Positions 28,357 to 38,497 of a stretch of DNA of 64,000 nt are shown in pieces; position 1 is the stretch's first letter; each line of letters begins with the position of its first letter. A program made the translations under genes and the position numbers. The stretch is taken from positions 64,001 to 128,000 of the forward strand of contig CAVOGR010000004.1 in NCBI GenBank assembly GCA_963695555.1, read 5' to 3'. Below the pieces are notes generated by a model. The model worked only from the letters and a program-made list of their open reading frames with translations, had not been told where the DNA came from and did not search any database. The stretch comes from an uncultured Gemmatimonadales bacterium (GTDB lineage: Bacteria > Gemmatimonadota > Gemmatimonadetes > Gemmatimonadales > GWC2-71-9).

Positions 28357-30515
28357 CGGGAACCCTTACCGACCTGACTCCGGCATTCCAGAGCGTGCTC
28401 AAGCGCCACGCCGACCGGCTGGATTTGGATCTCATCCAGCGGGCCTGGGCGTTCAGCGCGTCCGCCCACCGCGGCCAGAAACGGATGTCAGGCGAGGACT
28501 TCATCTCGCACAGTATCGCGGTGGCGATGATCCTGGCCGACCAACACCTCGACTCCACCTCGATCGCGGCAGCACTGCTCCATGACGTCGTCGAGGATTC
28601 CAACGTCCACCTCGAAGACATCGCCAAGGGGTTCGGCCCAGAGGTCACCGCGATCGTCGATGGTCTCACCAAGATCTCCCATCTGACGTTCCGGTCGACG
28701 ACCGAGGAACAAGTCGAAAACTACCGCAAGTTTTTGTTGTCCATCGCCAAGGATGCGCGGGTCATCATCATCAAGCTCGCCGATCGCCTGCACAACATGC
28801 GCACCCTGGAATTCCTGTCCCGCGAGCAACAGGAACGCATCGCCACGGAAACACGCGAAATCTACGCCCCGCTGGCGCACCGGTTTGGGATGGCAGGGGT
28901 CAAGGCCGAACTCGAAGATCTTGCCTTCAAGTTCTTGGAAACCGAGGACTACAACAAACTCAGTGCCCAACTCGCCGAGAGCCAGGCGGAACGGGATGAC
29001 GCGATCCAGCGTCTGAAGGAGCCCCTCGAGCGGGAACTCGAACGGGCCGGAATCGAGGGGTTCGAAATCACCGGCCGGTCGAAGCATCTGTGGTCGATCC
29101 ACCAAAAGATCACCCGCCGCAACAAGCCGTTGGACGAAATCTACGACCTCACGGCGTTGCGGGTGTTGGTCAAGACGGTCCCCGATTGCTATCACGTGCT
29201 CGGGATCATCCACCATACCTGGACCCCGATTCAGGAGCGGATCAAGGACTACATCGCAAGCCCCAAATCCAACGCCTACCAGTCGCTGCACACCACCATC
29301 TTCGGCCCGGGAGGGCAGCTGTTCGAGGTGCAGATCCGGACGGAGGAGATGCACCGGACGGCGGAATACGGCATCGCCGCCCACTGGGTGTACAAGGAGA
29401 CAGGCGACCGCGACGAGTTGGACCACGCCCTCGGATGGTTCCGGCAGCTGCTGGAGCTTCAGCAGGATGCCCAAGGGCCCGAGGAGTTTCTCGAATTCCT
29501 CAAGGTCGACCTGTATCAGGACGAGATCTTCGTGTTTACGCCTGAAGGCGACGTGAAGCGGCTCCCCAAGGGAGCGACCCCGATCGACTTTGCGTTCCAC
29601 GTCCACACCGAGGTGGGCCTCCGGTGCCAGGGCGCCAAGATCAACGGGCGGATCGCCCCGCTGCACCGCGAGCTCCGCAACGGGGAAACGGTCGAGATCC
29701 TCACGTCGCAGAGTGCCCGGCCCAGCCGCGATTGGCTGAGCCACGTGCACACTGCCCGCGCTCGGCACAAAATCCGCGCGTGGATCCGGCAGGAGGAGGA
29801 GACGGTCAGCCTCGATCTTGGTCGCGAAATCATCGCTCGTGAGCTGCGCCGCCGACGGCTCTCAGCCCCGAATGCGGACCGGATGGACGAAGCGGCCGAG
29901 GGACTCGGCCTCGCCAACGGGAAGCAACTCGAAGTGGCGGTGGGGCGGGGGGACGTCCCGATCGGCCAATTGATTCGGGCGCTGTTCCCGGATCTGCCGC
30001 GCGAGGCGGTCAAGGAACCCAAGCCAACCATGTTCGGCCGGGTGATCGACCGTATCCGGCTTGGCCGCGGCATCCGAATCCAAGGAGTCGACGGCCTGAT
30101 GGTGCGCTATGCCCAATGCTGTCAGCCTGTGCCGGGCGATCCGGTCGTCGGGTACGTGACTCAAGGGCGCGGGATCTCCATCCATCGGGCCGATTGTCCC
30201 AACCTGCTCACGCTCTCGACGACCGATCGCCGCGTCGAGATCGACTGGCAGGAGGTCGAAGGTGAGGCCTTTGCGGTGCGGCTGGCCCTGGCGGGGGAAG
30301 ACCGGCGTGGCCTCTACGCCGACATCATGCAGGCCATCAGTCAGACGGGCACCAACATCCAATCGGCTGACATCCATACCAAGGATGGCACGGTCTTCGG
30401 GACCATCTTCGTCGAGGTCGACAACCTGCCCCACCTCGGCAAGGTGCTGAAGGCCGTGCGGAAGGTGAAAGGGGTCACCGACGTCGAGCGCCGAGAGGCC
30501 CCCTCCCCCAACTAG
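28353..30515 (+). CDS. rel: bifunctional (p)ppGpp synthetase/hydrolase (Rel/SpoT)
   Basis: Intact hydrolase LLHDVVED, KLADRLHNMRTL, RIKD motif, YQSLHT, TGS, CC and ACT domains; GTG 28353 overlaps the radC stop. Confidence 0.95.
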   Translation: MTGTLTDLTPAFQSVLKRHADRLDLDLIQRAWAFSASAHRGQKRMSGEDFISHSIAVAMILADQHLDSTSIAAALLHDVVEDSNVHLEDIAKGFGPEVTAIVDGLTKISHLTFRSTTEEQVENYRKFLLSIAKDARVIIIKLADRLHNMRTLEFLSREQQERIATETREIYAPLAHRFGMAGVKAELEDLAFKFLETEDYNKLSAQLAESQAERDDAIQRLKEPLERELERAGIEGFEITGRSKHLWSIHQKITRRNKPLDEIYDLTALRVLVKTVPDCYHVLGIIHHTWTPIQERIKDYIASPKSNAYQSLHTTIFGPGGQLFEVQIRTEEMHRTAEYGIAAHWVYKETGDRDELDHALGWFRQLLELQQDAQGPEEFLEFLKVDLYQDEIFVFTPEGDVKRLPKGATPIDFAFHVHTEVGLRCQGAKINGRIAPLHRELRNGETVEILTSQSARPSRDWLSHVHTARARHKIRAWIRQEEETVSLDLGREIIARELRRRRLSAPNADRMDEAAEGLGLANGKQLEVAVGRGDVPIGQLIRALFPDLPREAVKEPKPTMFGRVIDRIRLGRGIRIQGVDGLMVRYAQCCQPVPGDPVVGYVTQGRGISIHRADCPNLLTLSTTDRRVEIDWQEVEGEAFAVRLALAGEDRRGLYADIMQAISQTGTNIQSADIHTKDGTVFGTIFVEVDNLPHLGKVLKAVRKVKGVTDVERREAPSPN

Positions 30516-30641
30516 GACCCAGGGTTTCGCCCACCGCGGGGTCCGAGCGCCCGCTTCCCCTCCAGAGTACTTTCGAGCCAATGCCCGTGCGCGACCAGCC
30601 CGACGCCGGGAGACATCGGTACCGCAACCAAGGGACCCCGA

Positions 30642-31049
30642 ATGGCGTATTGGATTCTCAAGACCGAGCCATCCACCTATGGCTACGCGAACTTGGAGCG
30701 AGACGGGACAACCAGATGGGATGGGGTCAAGAACCCGCTGGCACTCAAGCACATCCGATCGATGCGCCGTGGTGACGACGTCCTGATCTACCACACCGGC
30801 AAGGAAAAGGCCCTCGTCGGCAAGGCGCGGATCAGCACCGATCCGTACCCGGACCCCGGCGCGGACAACCCGGCGCTCGTGGTCGTGGACCTCGAGGCAT
30901 CAGGCCCCCTCCGCAAGCCCGTTCCCTTGAGCGCGATCAAGGCGGAGCAATCCTTCGCCGACTTGGCCCTCGTCAGAATGGGGCGGCTCTCCGTGGTGCC
31001 GGCAACGCCGAGTCAGTGGAAGCGGCTGCTCAAGATGGCGGGCGAGTGA
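30642..31049 (+). CDS. EVE domain protein
   Basis: [35 protein letters not shown]. Confidence 0.93.
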   Translation: MAYWILKTEPSTYGYANLERDGTTRWDGVKNPLALKHIRSMRRGDDVLIYHTGKEKALVGKARISTDPYPDPGADNPALVVVDLEASGPLRKPVPLSAIKAEQSFADLALVRMGRLSVVPATPSQWKRLLKMAGE

Positions 31050-33085
31050 GCCCTCGCTTCGAGGTCGAGGCCCCGTTCGAGCCGGCCGGCGATCAGCCGA
31101 AGGCCATCGAGCAGCTCGTGGCCGGCCTTCAACGAGGTGATCGCTATCAGACGCTGTTGGGCGTGACCGGGTCCGGCAAGACCATGACCCTGGCGCACGT
31201 CATCGCGGCGATCGGCAGACCGACGCTGGTCATGTCTCACAATAAGACCCTGGCGGCCCAGCTGTACGGTGAGTTCCGGCAGTTCCTGCCACGCAATGCG
31301 GTGGAGTATTTCGTCTCCTACTACGACTACTACCAACCGGAAGCCTACGTCCCGGCGACCGATGTCTACATCGAAAAGGATGCGTCCATCAACGAAGACA
31401 TCGACCGGCTCCGGCTCCGGGCCACGTCGAGCTTGATGGAACGGGACGACGTCGTCATTGTCGCGTCGGTCAGCGCCATCTATGGATTGGGTGATCCCGT
31501 CGAGTATCGGAAATCGATGGTCACGGTGGCGCGGGGAGAAGCGCGCGGCCGCGACGCAATCCTCTCCGACCTCGTCGACATCCACTATCGCCGCAACGAC
31601 GCCGCCTTCGAGCCGGGGCACTTCCGGGTCCGGGGCGACACGGTGGAGATCTACCCGGCCTACGAAGAACAGGCCGTGCGAATCGAGCTCTGGGGCGATG
31701 ACGTCGAACGGATCGCCAAGATCCACCCGATCACCGGGGCCACGATCGCCGATCTCGACCGGTGCGCCATCTACCCTGCCACCCACTTCGTGACGCAACG
31801 CGAAACCATCGAGCGCGGTGTGGTACGAATCCGTGCGGAACTAAACGACCGCCTCCATTCGCTCCGCACCGCGGGCAAGCTGCTGGAGGCGCAGCGACTC
31901 GAGTCGCGAACCCAGTTCGACATCGAAATGCTGCTCGAGGTGGGGACATGTGCCGGCGTCGAGAACTACTCGCGACACTTGACTGGCCGGCAGGAGGGGG
32001 AACGTCCGGCCTGCCTGCTCGATTACTTTCCGCCCGACTATCTGGTCGTCGTGGACGAATCGCACGTCTCGCTGCCCCAAATCGGGGGCATGTACAACGG
32101 CGACCGGGCGCGCAAGCTCACCCTGGTCGAGTACGGGTTCAGGCTTCCCTCCGCGCTCGACAACCGGCCGCTCCGTTTCGAGGAGTTCATGGAGCTGGTT
32201 CCCCGGATGATTAACGTGTCGGCCACGCCCGGCGAGCAAGAGCACACCCTCGCGGGTGGCGTCGTGGTCGAACAGATCATCCGGCCTACCGGGTTGCTCG
32301 ATCCGGAAGTCGAGGTGCGCCCGGTGAAGGGTCAGGTGGACGATCTGTTGCATGAGATCCGTGCCCGCACGGCCCGCCGGGAGCGGGTTCTCGTGACCAC
32401 ACTGACCAAGCGCATGGCGGAGGATCTCACGGATTACCTCCAGCAGACCGGAGTGCGCGTGCGGTACCTCCACTCGGACATCGACGCGATTGAGCGGATG
32501 GAGATCCTCCGAGGCCTCCGGTTGGGCGACTTCGATGTGCTGGTCGGCATCAACTTGCTGCGCGAGGGACTGGATCTGCCGGAAGTATCTCTGGTGGCGA
32601 TTCTCGATGCCGATCAAGAGGGATTCTTGCGTTCCGACCGGTCGCTGGTTCAGACGGTCGGCCGCGCCGCGAGGAACGAGCATGGGTCGGCCATCCTCTA
32701 CGCCGACCGCATGACCGGGTCGATGGAGCGCGCAATCGCGGAAATGGACCGCCGGCGCCGGATCCAGGCGGCGTACAACGTCGAGCACGGGGTCATCCCG
32801 AAGTCCATCATCAAATCCGTCGAACAAGTGCGGCTCTCGACCCGCGTGGCCGACGCCCGAACGGAACGGAAACCCAAGGCCGAGCCCGAAGTTCCGGCGG
32901 ACCTGCACGATCCGGCACGACGCAAGGCCGCCATCGTGGCGCTCGAACTTCAGATGAAAGAGGCCGCCGCCAATCTCGAATTCGAGATGGCCGCGTTGCT
33001 GCGGGATCAGATCAACGACCTGAAGGCGGTGGATGCTCCTCAGGTGCGGCGCGAGCAGCAACCGCGCCACCGGCGGCGCGCATGA
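31046..33085 (+). CDS. uvrB: excinuclease ABC subunit B
   Basis: [46 protein letters not shown] domain. Confidence 0.98.
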   Translation: MSPRFEVEAPFEPAGDQPKAIEQLVAGLQRGDRYQTLLGVTGSGKTMTLAHVIAAIGRPTLVMSHNKTLAAQLYGEFRQFLPRNAVEYFVSYYDYYQPEAYVPATDVYIEKDASINEDIDRLRLRATSSLMERDDVVIVASVSAIYGLGDPVEYRKSMVTVARGEARGRDAILSDLVDIHYRRNDAAFEPGHFRVRGDTVEIYPAYEEQAVRIELWGDDVERIAKIHPITGATIADLDRCAIYPATHFVTQRETIERGVVRIRAELNDRLHSLRTAGKLLEAQRLESRTQFDIEMLLEVGTCAGVENYSRHLTGRQEGERPACLLDYFPPDYLVVVDESHVSLPQIGGMYNGDRARKLTLVEYGFRLPSALDNRPLRFEEFMELVPRMINVSATPGEQEHTLAGGVVVEQIIRPTGLLDPEVEVRPVKGQVDDLLHEIRARTARRERVLVTTLTKRMAEDLTDYLQQTGVRVRYLHSDIDAIERMEILRGLRLGDFDVLVGINLLREGLDLPEVSLVAILDADQEGFLRSDRSLVQTVGRAARNEHGSAILYADRMTGSMERAIAEMDRRRRIQAAYNVEHGVIPKSIIKSVEQVRLSTRVADARTERKPKAEPEVPADLHDPARRKAAIVALELQMKEAAANLEFEMAALLRDQINDLKAVDAPQVRREQQPRHRRRA

Positions 33086-33492
33086 TCCGGAACCTGACCG
33101 AGGCCGAGCTGACGGAGGAAGGTGAGCGCCTGGGACAGAGTCTTCCTCCCGGGGCCGTGTTGCTGTTCGAAGGCGAACTCGGGGCAGGGAAAACGACGTT
33201 CATCAATGCCATCGCCCGTGGGCTCGGAGTAACCAGGCGCGCGACGAGCCCGACCTACGCCTTGGTGCACCGCTATCATGGGCGGCGCGGTCCGGTCTTT
33301 CACGTCGATTGCTATCGGCTCGAGGCTCCCGACGAGGCACGTGACCTCGATTGGGAAGGGATGATGCGCGACGGTGACGCCATCCTGGTCGAGTGGCCGG
33401 AACGCGCCGGGGACTGGGTGCCTCCGGCAACAGCCCGATTCCGGTTGTACCATCGTGCCGACCCGGAGCAGCGCGGCGTGGAGGCGCTCTAA
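33082..33492 (+). CDS. tsaE: t6A biosynthesis ATPase TsaE
   Basis: [31 protein letters not shown]. Confidence 0.95.
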   Translation: MIRNLTEAELTEEGERLGQSLPPGAVLLFEGELGAGKTTFINAIARGLGVTRRATSPTYALVHRYHGRRGPVFHVDCYRLEAPDEARDLDWEGMMRDGDAILVEWPERAGDWVPPATARFRLYHRADPEQRGVEAL

Positions 33493-34214
33493 TGTGGCTC
33501 GCCATCGACTCGGCCTGGGGCATCGGGTCGGTTGCGGTGGGCCGCCCTGGGGAGGTCCTGGCGCTGGATATCATGCCCAGGCCGCGAGAGCATGCCGCGG
33601 CACTCGTCCCGATGATCGAGGCAGTTCTCAATCGGGCCGGAGGAGGGTTGGCGGACCTGGCCGGCATCGTGATCGGCGACGGCCCGGGCAGCTTCACCGG
33701 CCTGCGAATCGGAGCGTCCGTTGCCAAGGCACTGGTCGAGTCGCGTGGCATCGAGCTCTGGACCGCTCCCTCGCTCATGGCCAGGGCTTGGGCCGCCCAC
33801 ACAGGCGACGGCCATGAGACCCTCGCCTTTGCCGACGCCCTCCGTGGTGAGGTGTTTGCCGGCCTCTATCGATTCGAGGCCGATCGCGTGATCACGCTGT
33901 ACCCCGCGGCCGCACGGCAACCCGGTACCATCACGGATACCTTTCCCGTGCCCGACATGATGATCGGGGAAGCTCCCAAATCGATCGTCCAGGCGTTTGA
34001 GGCATGGGCGGGAAGTCACGTGCTGCCGGTTTCAGAGGGAGGGGCTGCGACACTCCTGGATCTCATGATTCCCGCAGGTGGTGCCCGTCGGATTCCCAAC
34101 GCCGATGTGTGGGCCTGGGAGCCGGACTACGGCCGACCCGCGGAAGCACAGGTCAAGTGGGAGCAAGCGCATGGACGTCGATTGGCAGATTCGCCCCGCG
34201 CGGATCGAGGATAG
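33492..34214 (+). CDS. tsaB: t6A biosynthesis protein TsaB
   Basis: MWLAIDS, GDGPGSFTGLRIG, DALRGEVF, EPDYGR; TAATG overlap. Confidence 0.93.
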   Translation: MWLAIDSAWGIGSVAVGRPGEVLALDIMPRPREHAAALVPMIEAVLNRAGGGLADLAGIVIGDGPGSFTGLRIGASVAKALVESRGIELWTAPSLMARAWAAHTGDGHETLAFADALRGEVFAGLYRFEADRVITLYPAAARQPGTITDTFPVPDMMIGEAPKSIVQAFEAWAGSHVLPVSEGGAATLLDLMIPAGGARRIPNADVWAWEPDYGRPAEAQVKWEQAHGRRLADSPRADRG

Positions 34215-34644
34215 CGATCAGATCGCGGTCATCGAGGCGGAGAGTTTCACCGATCCGTGGCCCCGCGACGGCGTGCGAGCGGTACTCGCAAGCGCGGGGG
34301 TGACGGGGCTGGTGGCCGAGAAGGATGGTCGTGTGCTGGCCTACTCGATCGCGCGGGGCGTGGCGGAAGTTGCCGAGATTCTGGATCTGGCCGTGCACCG
34401 CGACTGGAGGCGCGCGGGCGTTGCGACCGCGCTCTTGCAACAGCTGCTGGCGTCATTTGCCGCCGACGGGGTCCGGGAGGTATTCCTCGAGGTGCGGGAA
34501 TCAAACCGGGCAGCCCAGGCGCTGTACCGGGCGCATGGCTTTCGCGCCGCCGGCACACGGCCGAGCTATTATCGCAAACCGACCGAGGACGCTATCCTCC
34601 TCAGGCTCCGGGTGGCGGGGCGTGCGTCCGAACGGCCGCAGTAG
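34171..34644 (+). CDS. rimI: ribosomal protein S18 alanine N-acetyltransferase
   Basis: IEAESFTDPW, LAVHRDWRRAGVA, FLEVRESN, RPSYY..PTEDA. Confidence 0.92.
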   Translation: MDVDWQIRPARIEDSDQIAVIEAESFTDPWPRDGVRAVLASAGVTGLVAEKDGRVLAYSIARGVAEVAEILDLAVHRDWRRAGVATALLQQLLASFAADGVREVFLEVRESNRAAQALYRAHGFRAAGTRPSYYRKPTEDAILLRLRVAGRASERPQ

Positions 34645-34732
34645 CGTATATTCGATGCTAGCGAATGCGAGGCGCCCCGGTACGTTCTCCGGGTCGGTTC
34701 CCAATCCTTGCTAATCAGCCCTGGAGGTCATC

Positions 34733-35194
34733 GTGAGCCGGAGTCTCAACAAAGCAACCCTCATCGGCAACCTCGGCGCGGATCCGGAGGTGCGGAGCAC
34801 ATCCAACGGGTCGCGGGTCGCCACCATCTCCCTCGCCACCAGCCGCCAATGGACCAACAAGGCCGGCGAGCGGCAGGAGAAGACCGAATGGCATCGGGTG
34901 GTGCTGTGGAACAACCGTGGGTCGAGTTTGGCCGACATCGTGGAGAAGTACGTGAAGAAGGGGGACAAGGTCTACGTGGAAGGCAGTATCGAGTACCGCA
35001 CCTGGCAGGATCGGGAGGGGCAGACCCGGTACACCACCGAGATCAACGCCCGCGAACTCATCATGCTCTCCGGGCGGAGCTCCGACCAGGGCGAGGCGGT
35101 AGCCTCGTCGGTTGGAGCGGGGTCACCGCCCAAGGAGTCGTTCGATGACTTTCCGGCGGCCCTCGACGGGGACGATGACGACCTCCCCTTCTAA
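34733..35194 (+). CDS. ssb: single-stranded DNA-binding protein
   Basis: LNKATLIGNLGADPE, EKTEWHRVV, C-terminal DDDLPF; SD GGAGG. Confidence 0.97.
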   Translation: MSRSLNKATLIGNLGADPEVRSTSNGSRVATISLATSRQWTNKAGERQEKTEWHRVVLWNNRGSSLADIVEKYVKKGDKVYVEGSIEYRTWQDREGQTRYTTEINARELIMLSGRSSDQGEAVASSVGAGSPPKESFDDFPAALDGDDDDLPF

Positions 35195-35424
35195 ACGCTT
35201 CATTCTGCGCCCCCTGCTGCGTTTCGCAAAGCCGGAAACCAGCCGGGTCCTGGGGCTCCTCCGCGCACCCTTCTCCGGGGATGGCAGGCTCGAAATCGCC
35301 TGTTCTCCCCGGGGTTCGGTGGGAGCCACCCCCCCCCGCAGGGCGGGAATTGATCTTGCATGACCCCATCCCCAGCAGGAGCACCCGGGGCAAACATAGG
35401 GTCCACCGGGGAATCTGCTTGGTA

Positions 35425-35527
35425 TAAGTGATTATTTTTCATTATGTTAGCGCCCAAGCTCGCTCGCAAGACTTGGGCTGCGTCGGTGACGGCTGAATCT
35501 CATAAGCTGTTGTATTACAAAGAATTG
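35425..35527. promoter_or_regulatory. two AT-rich, near-palindromic IHF-like boxes
   Basis: TAAGTGATTATTTTTCATTATGTTA (35425-35449) and TAAGCTGTTGTATTACAAAGAATTG (35503-35527); each half resembles the CAA-N4-TTR core of the IHF consensus WATCAANNNNTTR. Confidence 0.45.
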
Positions 35528-35550
35528 ACCCCAACTCCACGGATCGCGCT

Positions 35551-36675
35551 ATGCGAAGAATCTGTTCCCGGCTAGTCCGTTTGGCCCCCTGTCTGGCTCT
35601 CGCCGCCCTCCCGGCCACGGCTCTAGCCCAGGCTGTTCCCGAAACGCACACCGTGCGGGAAGGTGACACCCTTTGGGACCTCGCGGGGCGTTACTTTGGC
35701 GATCCTCTTCTCTGGCCCGAGATATACCGGCAGAATACGATGGTGGTTGAGGACCCCCACTGGATCTATCCTGGCGAGGTCCTTCGGCTGAGCGGGACGG
35801 CGGCTGTGTCGGCCATTCCGGACGTCGGGCCGTCGGGGCAGGTGGTCGACGCCGTGGACATGGCCGATGTACAGGCCCGGGGCGATGCGGAGCGGGGGGC
35901 CTTGGAGTCCGGCTTGTTCCAGCGCCGCTCCAGACTCAATCCCGATCAGGCCAGTCTCGCCGCGTACCAGACTCGTCCGCCGAAGTCGTTGAGCGCCAGT
36001 GAATTCTACTCGTCGGGTTTTCTCACCGAAGGTCGATCCCTCCCGTTTGGGAAGCTGATCGGCCCGGTCACCCCGAAGGAGATTGGGGCGACCCGGATGC
36101 CGGAGTCGGCGCAAATCTTCAGTAAAATTCTGGTCGATCCGCCCTCCGGCGGCGCCTACCAGATCGGTGATTCCCTGCTGATCGTGTCATTGGCCCGCGA
36201 TGTTGGTGGCTACGGTCGCGTTGCTGTTCCGACGGGAATGGCGCGCGTCACCACGATCGATGGCGAGCGGAACATCGCCGAGGTCGTGGGGGTGTACGGT
36301 GATATCCGCGCGGGCCAGCGGATACTCCTGGTCGAGCCGTTTCCAGACCCCGGCGTAGTTCGCCCGGTCGCGGTCGAGGACGGGATTCGTGCCCGGTTCC
36401 TGGCCAGCCGCGATAACCAGATCATGAAGGGGCCGCTCGACGTCATCTTCTTGGATCAGGGGCGTCAAGACGGGGTGGCCTTGGGAGACATCTATGAGCT
36501 GCACGCGACCCCCGCCAATCGGGGCGGGGTGGAGTCGAACGTGGATGAAGAGCTAGCCACGGTTCGGGTCGTTCATGTGGGGGACCGCAGCGCCACCGCG
36601 CGCGTGGTGAGCGTGAAAGCTCCCGACATCGCGGAGGGGACGCCGGCGCGGCAGATCGCCAAGCTTCCGTCCTAG
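35551..36675 (+). CDS. secreted LysM peptidoglycan-binding protein, TsaP-like
   Basis: Signal peptide ALA|Q; HTVREGDTLWDLAGRYFGDPLLWPEIY..N...DPHWIYPGE; C-terminal IFLDQGRQDGVALGD beta domain. Confidence 0.8.
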   Translation: MRRICSRLVRLAPCLALAALPATALAQAVPETHTVREGDTLWDLAGRYFGDPLLWPEIYRQNTMVVEDPHWIYPGEVLRLSGTAAVSAIPDVGPSGQVVDAVDMADVQARGDAERGALESGLFQRRSRLNPDQASLAAYQTRPPKSLSASEFYSSGFLTEGRSLPFGKLIGPVTPKEIGATRMPESAQIFSKILVDPPSGGAYQIGDSLLIVSLARDVGGYGRVAVPTGMARVTTIDGERNIAEVVGVYGDIRAGQRILLVEPFPDPGVVRPVAVEDGIRARFLASRDNQIMKGPLDVIFLDQGRQDGVALGDIYELHATPANRGGVESNVDEELATVRVVHVGDRSATARVVSVKAPDIAEGTPARQIAKLPS

Positions 36676-36695
36676 ACCGCTCTTCTCCCACCTCT

Positions 36696-36740
36696 CGGGG
36701 CGGCTGCCCGCTGTACTAGGCCGGGCAGCCGCCCCGTTTC
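36696..36740 (+). terminator. stem-loop / probable terminator after the LysM gene
   Basis: 15-bp perfect stem CGGGGCGGCTGCCCG / CGGGCAGCCGCCCCG followed by TTTC. Confidence 0.6.
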
Positions 36741-36842
36741 ACATCCGTGACCGGGGGTCGGTGGTTCGAGAACCCCGGCGTGTCCATTACATTTCCAGCG
36801 TTTTTGTGCAACGTGACGGTCGTCCTGACGGGGGGAGTTCTG

Positions 36843-37793
36843 ATGAGCGGAAGGGTGCTGGTAACCGGCGGAGCGGGGTTCATTGGGTCCCATCTGGCCG
36901 AAGCGTACCTGGCCGCCGGCTGGGATGTGGTGGTGCTCGACAACCTGTCCTCAGGCAAGGAAGCGAACATTCCGCAAGGAGCGACCTTCGTGCGGGCGGA
37001 TACTCGATCGCCTGAGGCCAAGGAGGTGGTGGCGAGCGGTGGCTTCGACGTGCTCAACCTCCATGCGGCCCAGATCGATGTGCGGGTATCCGTCGAGCAG
37101 CCAGGGCTGGACGCGAGCATCAACCTCGTTGGGCTGGTGAACTTGCTGGAAGGCGCCCGGGCCGGCCGAGTCCGCCGGGTGGTGTTCGCCAGCAGCGGCG
37201 GAGTGGTATACGGCGATCCGACCGTCATTCCGACGCCGGAGACGGCTCCCAAGGAACCGGTCTCCCCCTACGGGGTGAGCAAGCTGGCCGGCGAGCATTA
37301 CCTCCATGCGCTTGGCCTGCTCTACGGCTTCGAGCATGCGGCGCTCCGGTACAGCAACGTGTACGGGCCCAGGCAGGACCCGAAGTCGGAGGCAGGCGTG
37401 ATTTCCATATTCGTTTCGCGCGTGCTCGCCGGTCAGCCACTGACGGTCTTCGGCGACGGCCGACAAACCCGCGATTATGTTTTCGTGAAGGATGTGGCCC
37501 GGGCCAATGTGATGGCGAGCACCAGCACCCTCGCGCCAGGCAGCGGGATCGACGCGACCGCATTCAATATTGGAACTTCGGTTCAGCGAAGCGTTCTCGA
37601 CCTGGCCAAGGCTGTTGGCGGCGCGCTGAAGGTCGAGCCCGAGCTGACGTTCGCTCCGGCGCGCGCCGGAGAACTCCTCCGGAGCGCGCTGGATATTGCC
37701 AAGGCCAAGGGCCAGCTCGGGTGGACGCCCGCGTCCCGGTTCGAGGATGGCTTGGCGCAGCTCATCACGTGGTTTCGAGAGGAGGCCGAGTGA
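36843..37793 (+). CDS. NAD-dependent epimerase (UDP-glucose 4-epimerase-like SDR)
   Basis: VTGGAGFIGSH, HAAQIDVRVSV, SPYGVSK, RYSNVYGPRQDP..EAGV, TRDYVFVKDVA. Confidence 0.88.
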   Translation: MSGRVLVTGGAGFIGSHLAEAYLAAGWDVVVLDNLSSGKEANIPQGATFVRADTRSPEAKEVVASGGFDVLNLHAAQIDVRVSVEQPGLDASINLVGLVNLLEGARAGRVRRVVFASSGGVVYGDPTVIPTPETAPKEPVSPYGVSKLAGEHYLHALGLLYGFEHAALRYSNVYGPRQDPKSEAGVISIFVSRVLAGQPLTVFGDGRQTRDYVFVKDVARANVMASTSTLAPGSGIDATAFNIGTSVQRSVLDLAKAVGGALKVEPELTFAPARAGELLRSALDIAKAKGQLGWTPASRFEDGLAQLITWFREEAE

Positions 37794-38497
37794 CCGTGCA
37801 GGCCGCTGGTGCGGTTCCGACATCCAGCCTGGACTTGATTCGTGTCTCGAGCGCGGAGACGCAGATCGTCCTGGCTGTGATCGCGCTCTTCTCGCTCATC
37901 ACCTGGTTCCTGATCGGTCTCAAGTGGTGGCAGCTGCGCAAGGTACGGCGCCATGCGGATCGGTTCTTCGGGGAACTCGAGCGGACGACGAAGTTGAAGG
38001 ACGCGTATCACGCGGTCATGAAACTCCCTCCATCGCCGTACAACCGGACATTCCGAGAGGGTGTGCATTTCCTGCAGGAGCTGCATCCGGGAGCGCTGCG
38101 GGACGAAGGCCCCAAAATCACGATGTCCCCGGCCCACGTGGAAGCCATGAAGATGGTGCTCAGCAAGGAAATATCGGCCGAGCGCGACCTCCTGGCTCGA
38201 TTCGTTCCCTGGCTCGCGACCATCGGGTCGGTAAGCCCGCTCCTGGGGCTCTTGGGCACGGTGCTGGGTGTGATGGACGCCTTCATCGGGATCGCCATCA
38301 ACGGCTCGGGCAACATCTCGGCGGTCGCCCCCGGGGTCGCTGAGGCCCTGGTCACCACGGTCGCCGGCTTGGCAACCGCCATTCCCGCCATCATCGCGTA
38401 CAACCTCTTCGTCAATCGGATTCGACTGGTCGTGAGCGAACTCGAGGGCTTCGGTAACGAGGTCATCGGCACGATGGCGCGCGAGGGCCTGTTCTGA
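37790..38497 (+). CDS. tolQ: TolQ (MotA/TolQ/ExbB family)
   Basis: WLATIGSVSPLLGLLGTVLGVM, VAPGVAEALVTTVAGL..AIPA...YN; first gene of the tol-pal cluster. Confidence 0.92.
   Translation: MTVQAAGAVPTSSLDLIRVSSAETQIVLAVIALFSLITWFLIGLKWWQLRKVRRHADRFFGELERTTKLKDAYHAVMKLPPSPYNRTFREGVHFLQELHPGALRDEGPKITMSPAHVEAMKMVLSKEISAERDLLARFVPWLATIGSVSPLLGLLGTVLGVMDAFIGIAINGSGNISAVAPGVAEALVTTVAGLATAIPAIIAYNLFVNRIRLVVSELEGFGNEVIGTMAREGLF

Noticed and set aside
34684..34700. GTTC...GTTC upstream of ssb as a LexA box
   Set aside because: The spacer is 9 nt, not the 7 nt of the alphaproteobacterial GTTC-N7-GTTC box, and I saw no matching copy before uvrB.
35345..35360. Second sigma54 box GGGAATTGATCTTGCA
   Set aside because: GG-N10-GC spacing is right but the -24 element is poor, and the IHF-like sites lie downstream rather than upstream.
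35222..35400. c-di-GMP-I riboswitch (CGCAAAGCC and GGCAAAC sub-motifs)
   Set aside because: The sub-motifs are in the wrong order and there is no GAAA-tetraloop/receptor architecture.
36755..36778. tRNA-like GGTCGGTGGTTCGAG
   Set aside because: It resembles a T-arm start, but the 3' strand does not pair and there are no D, anticodon or acceptor arms.
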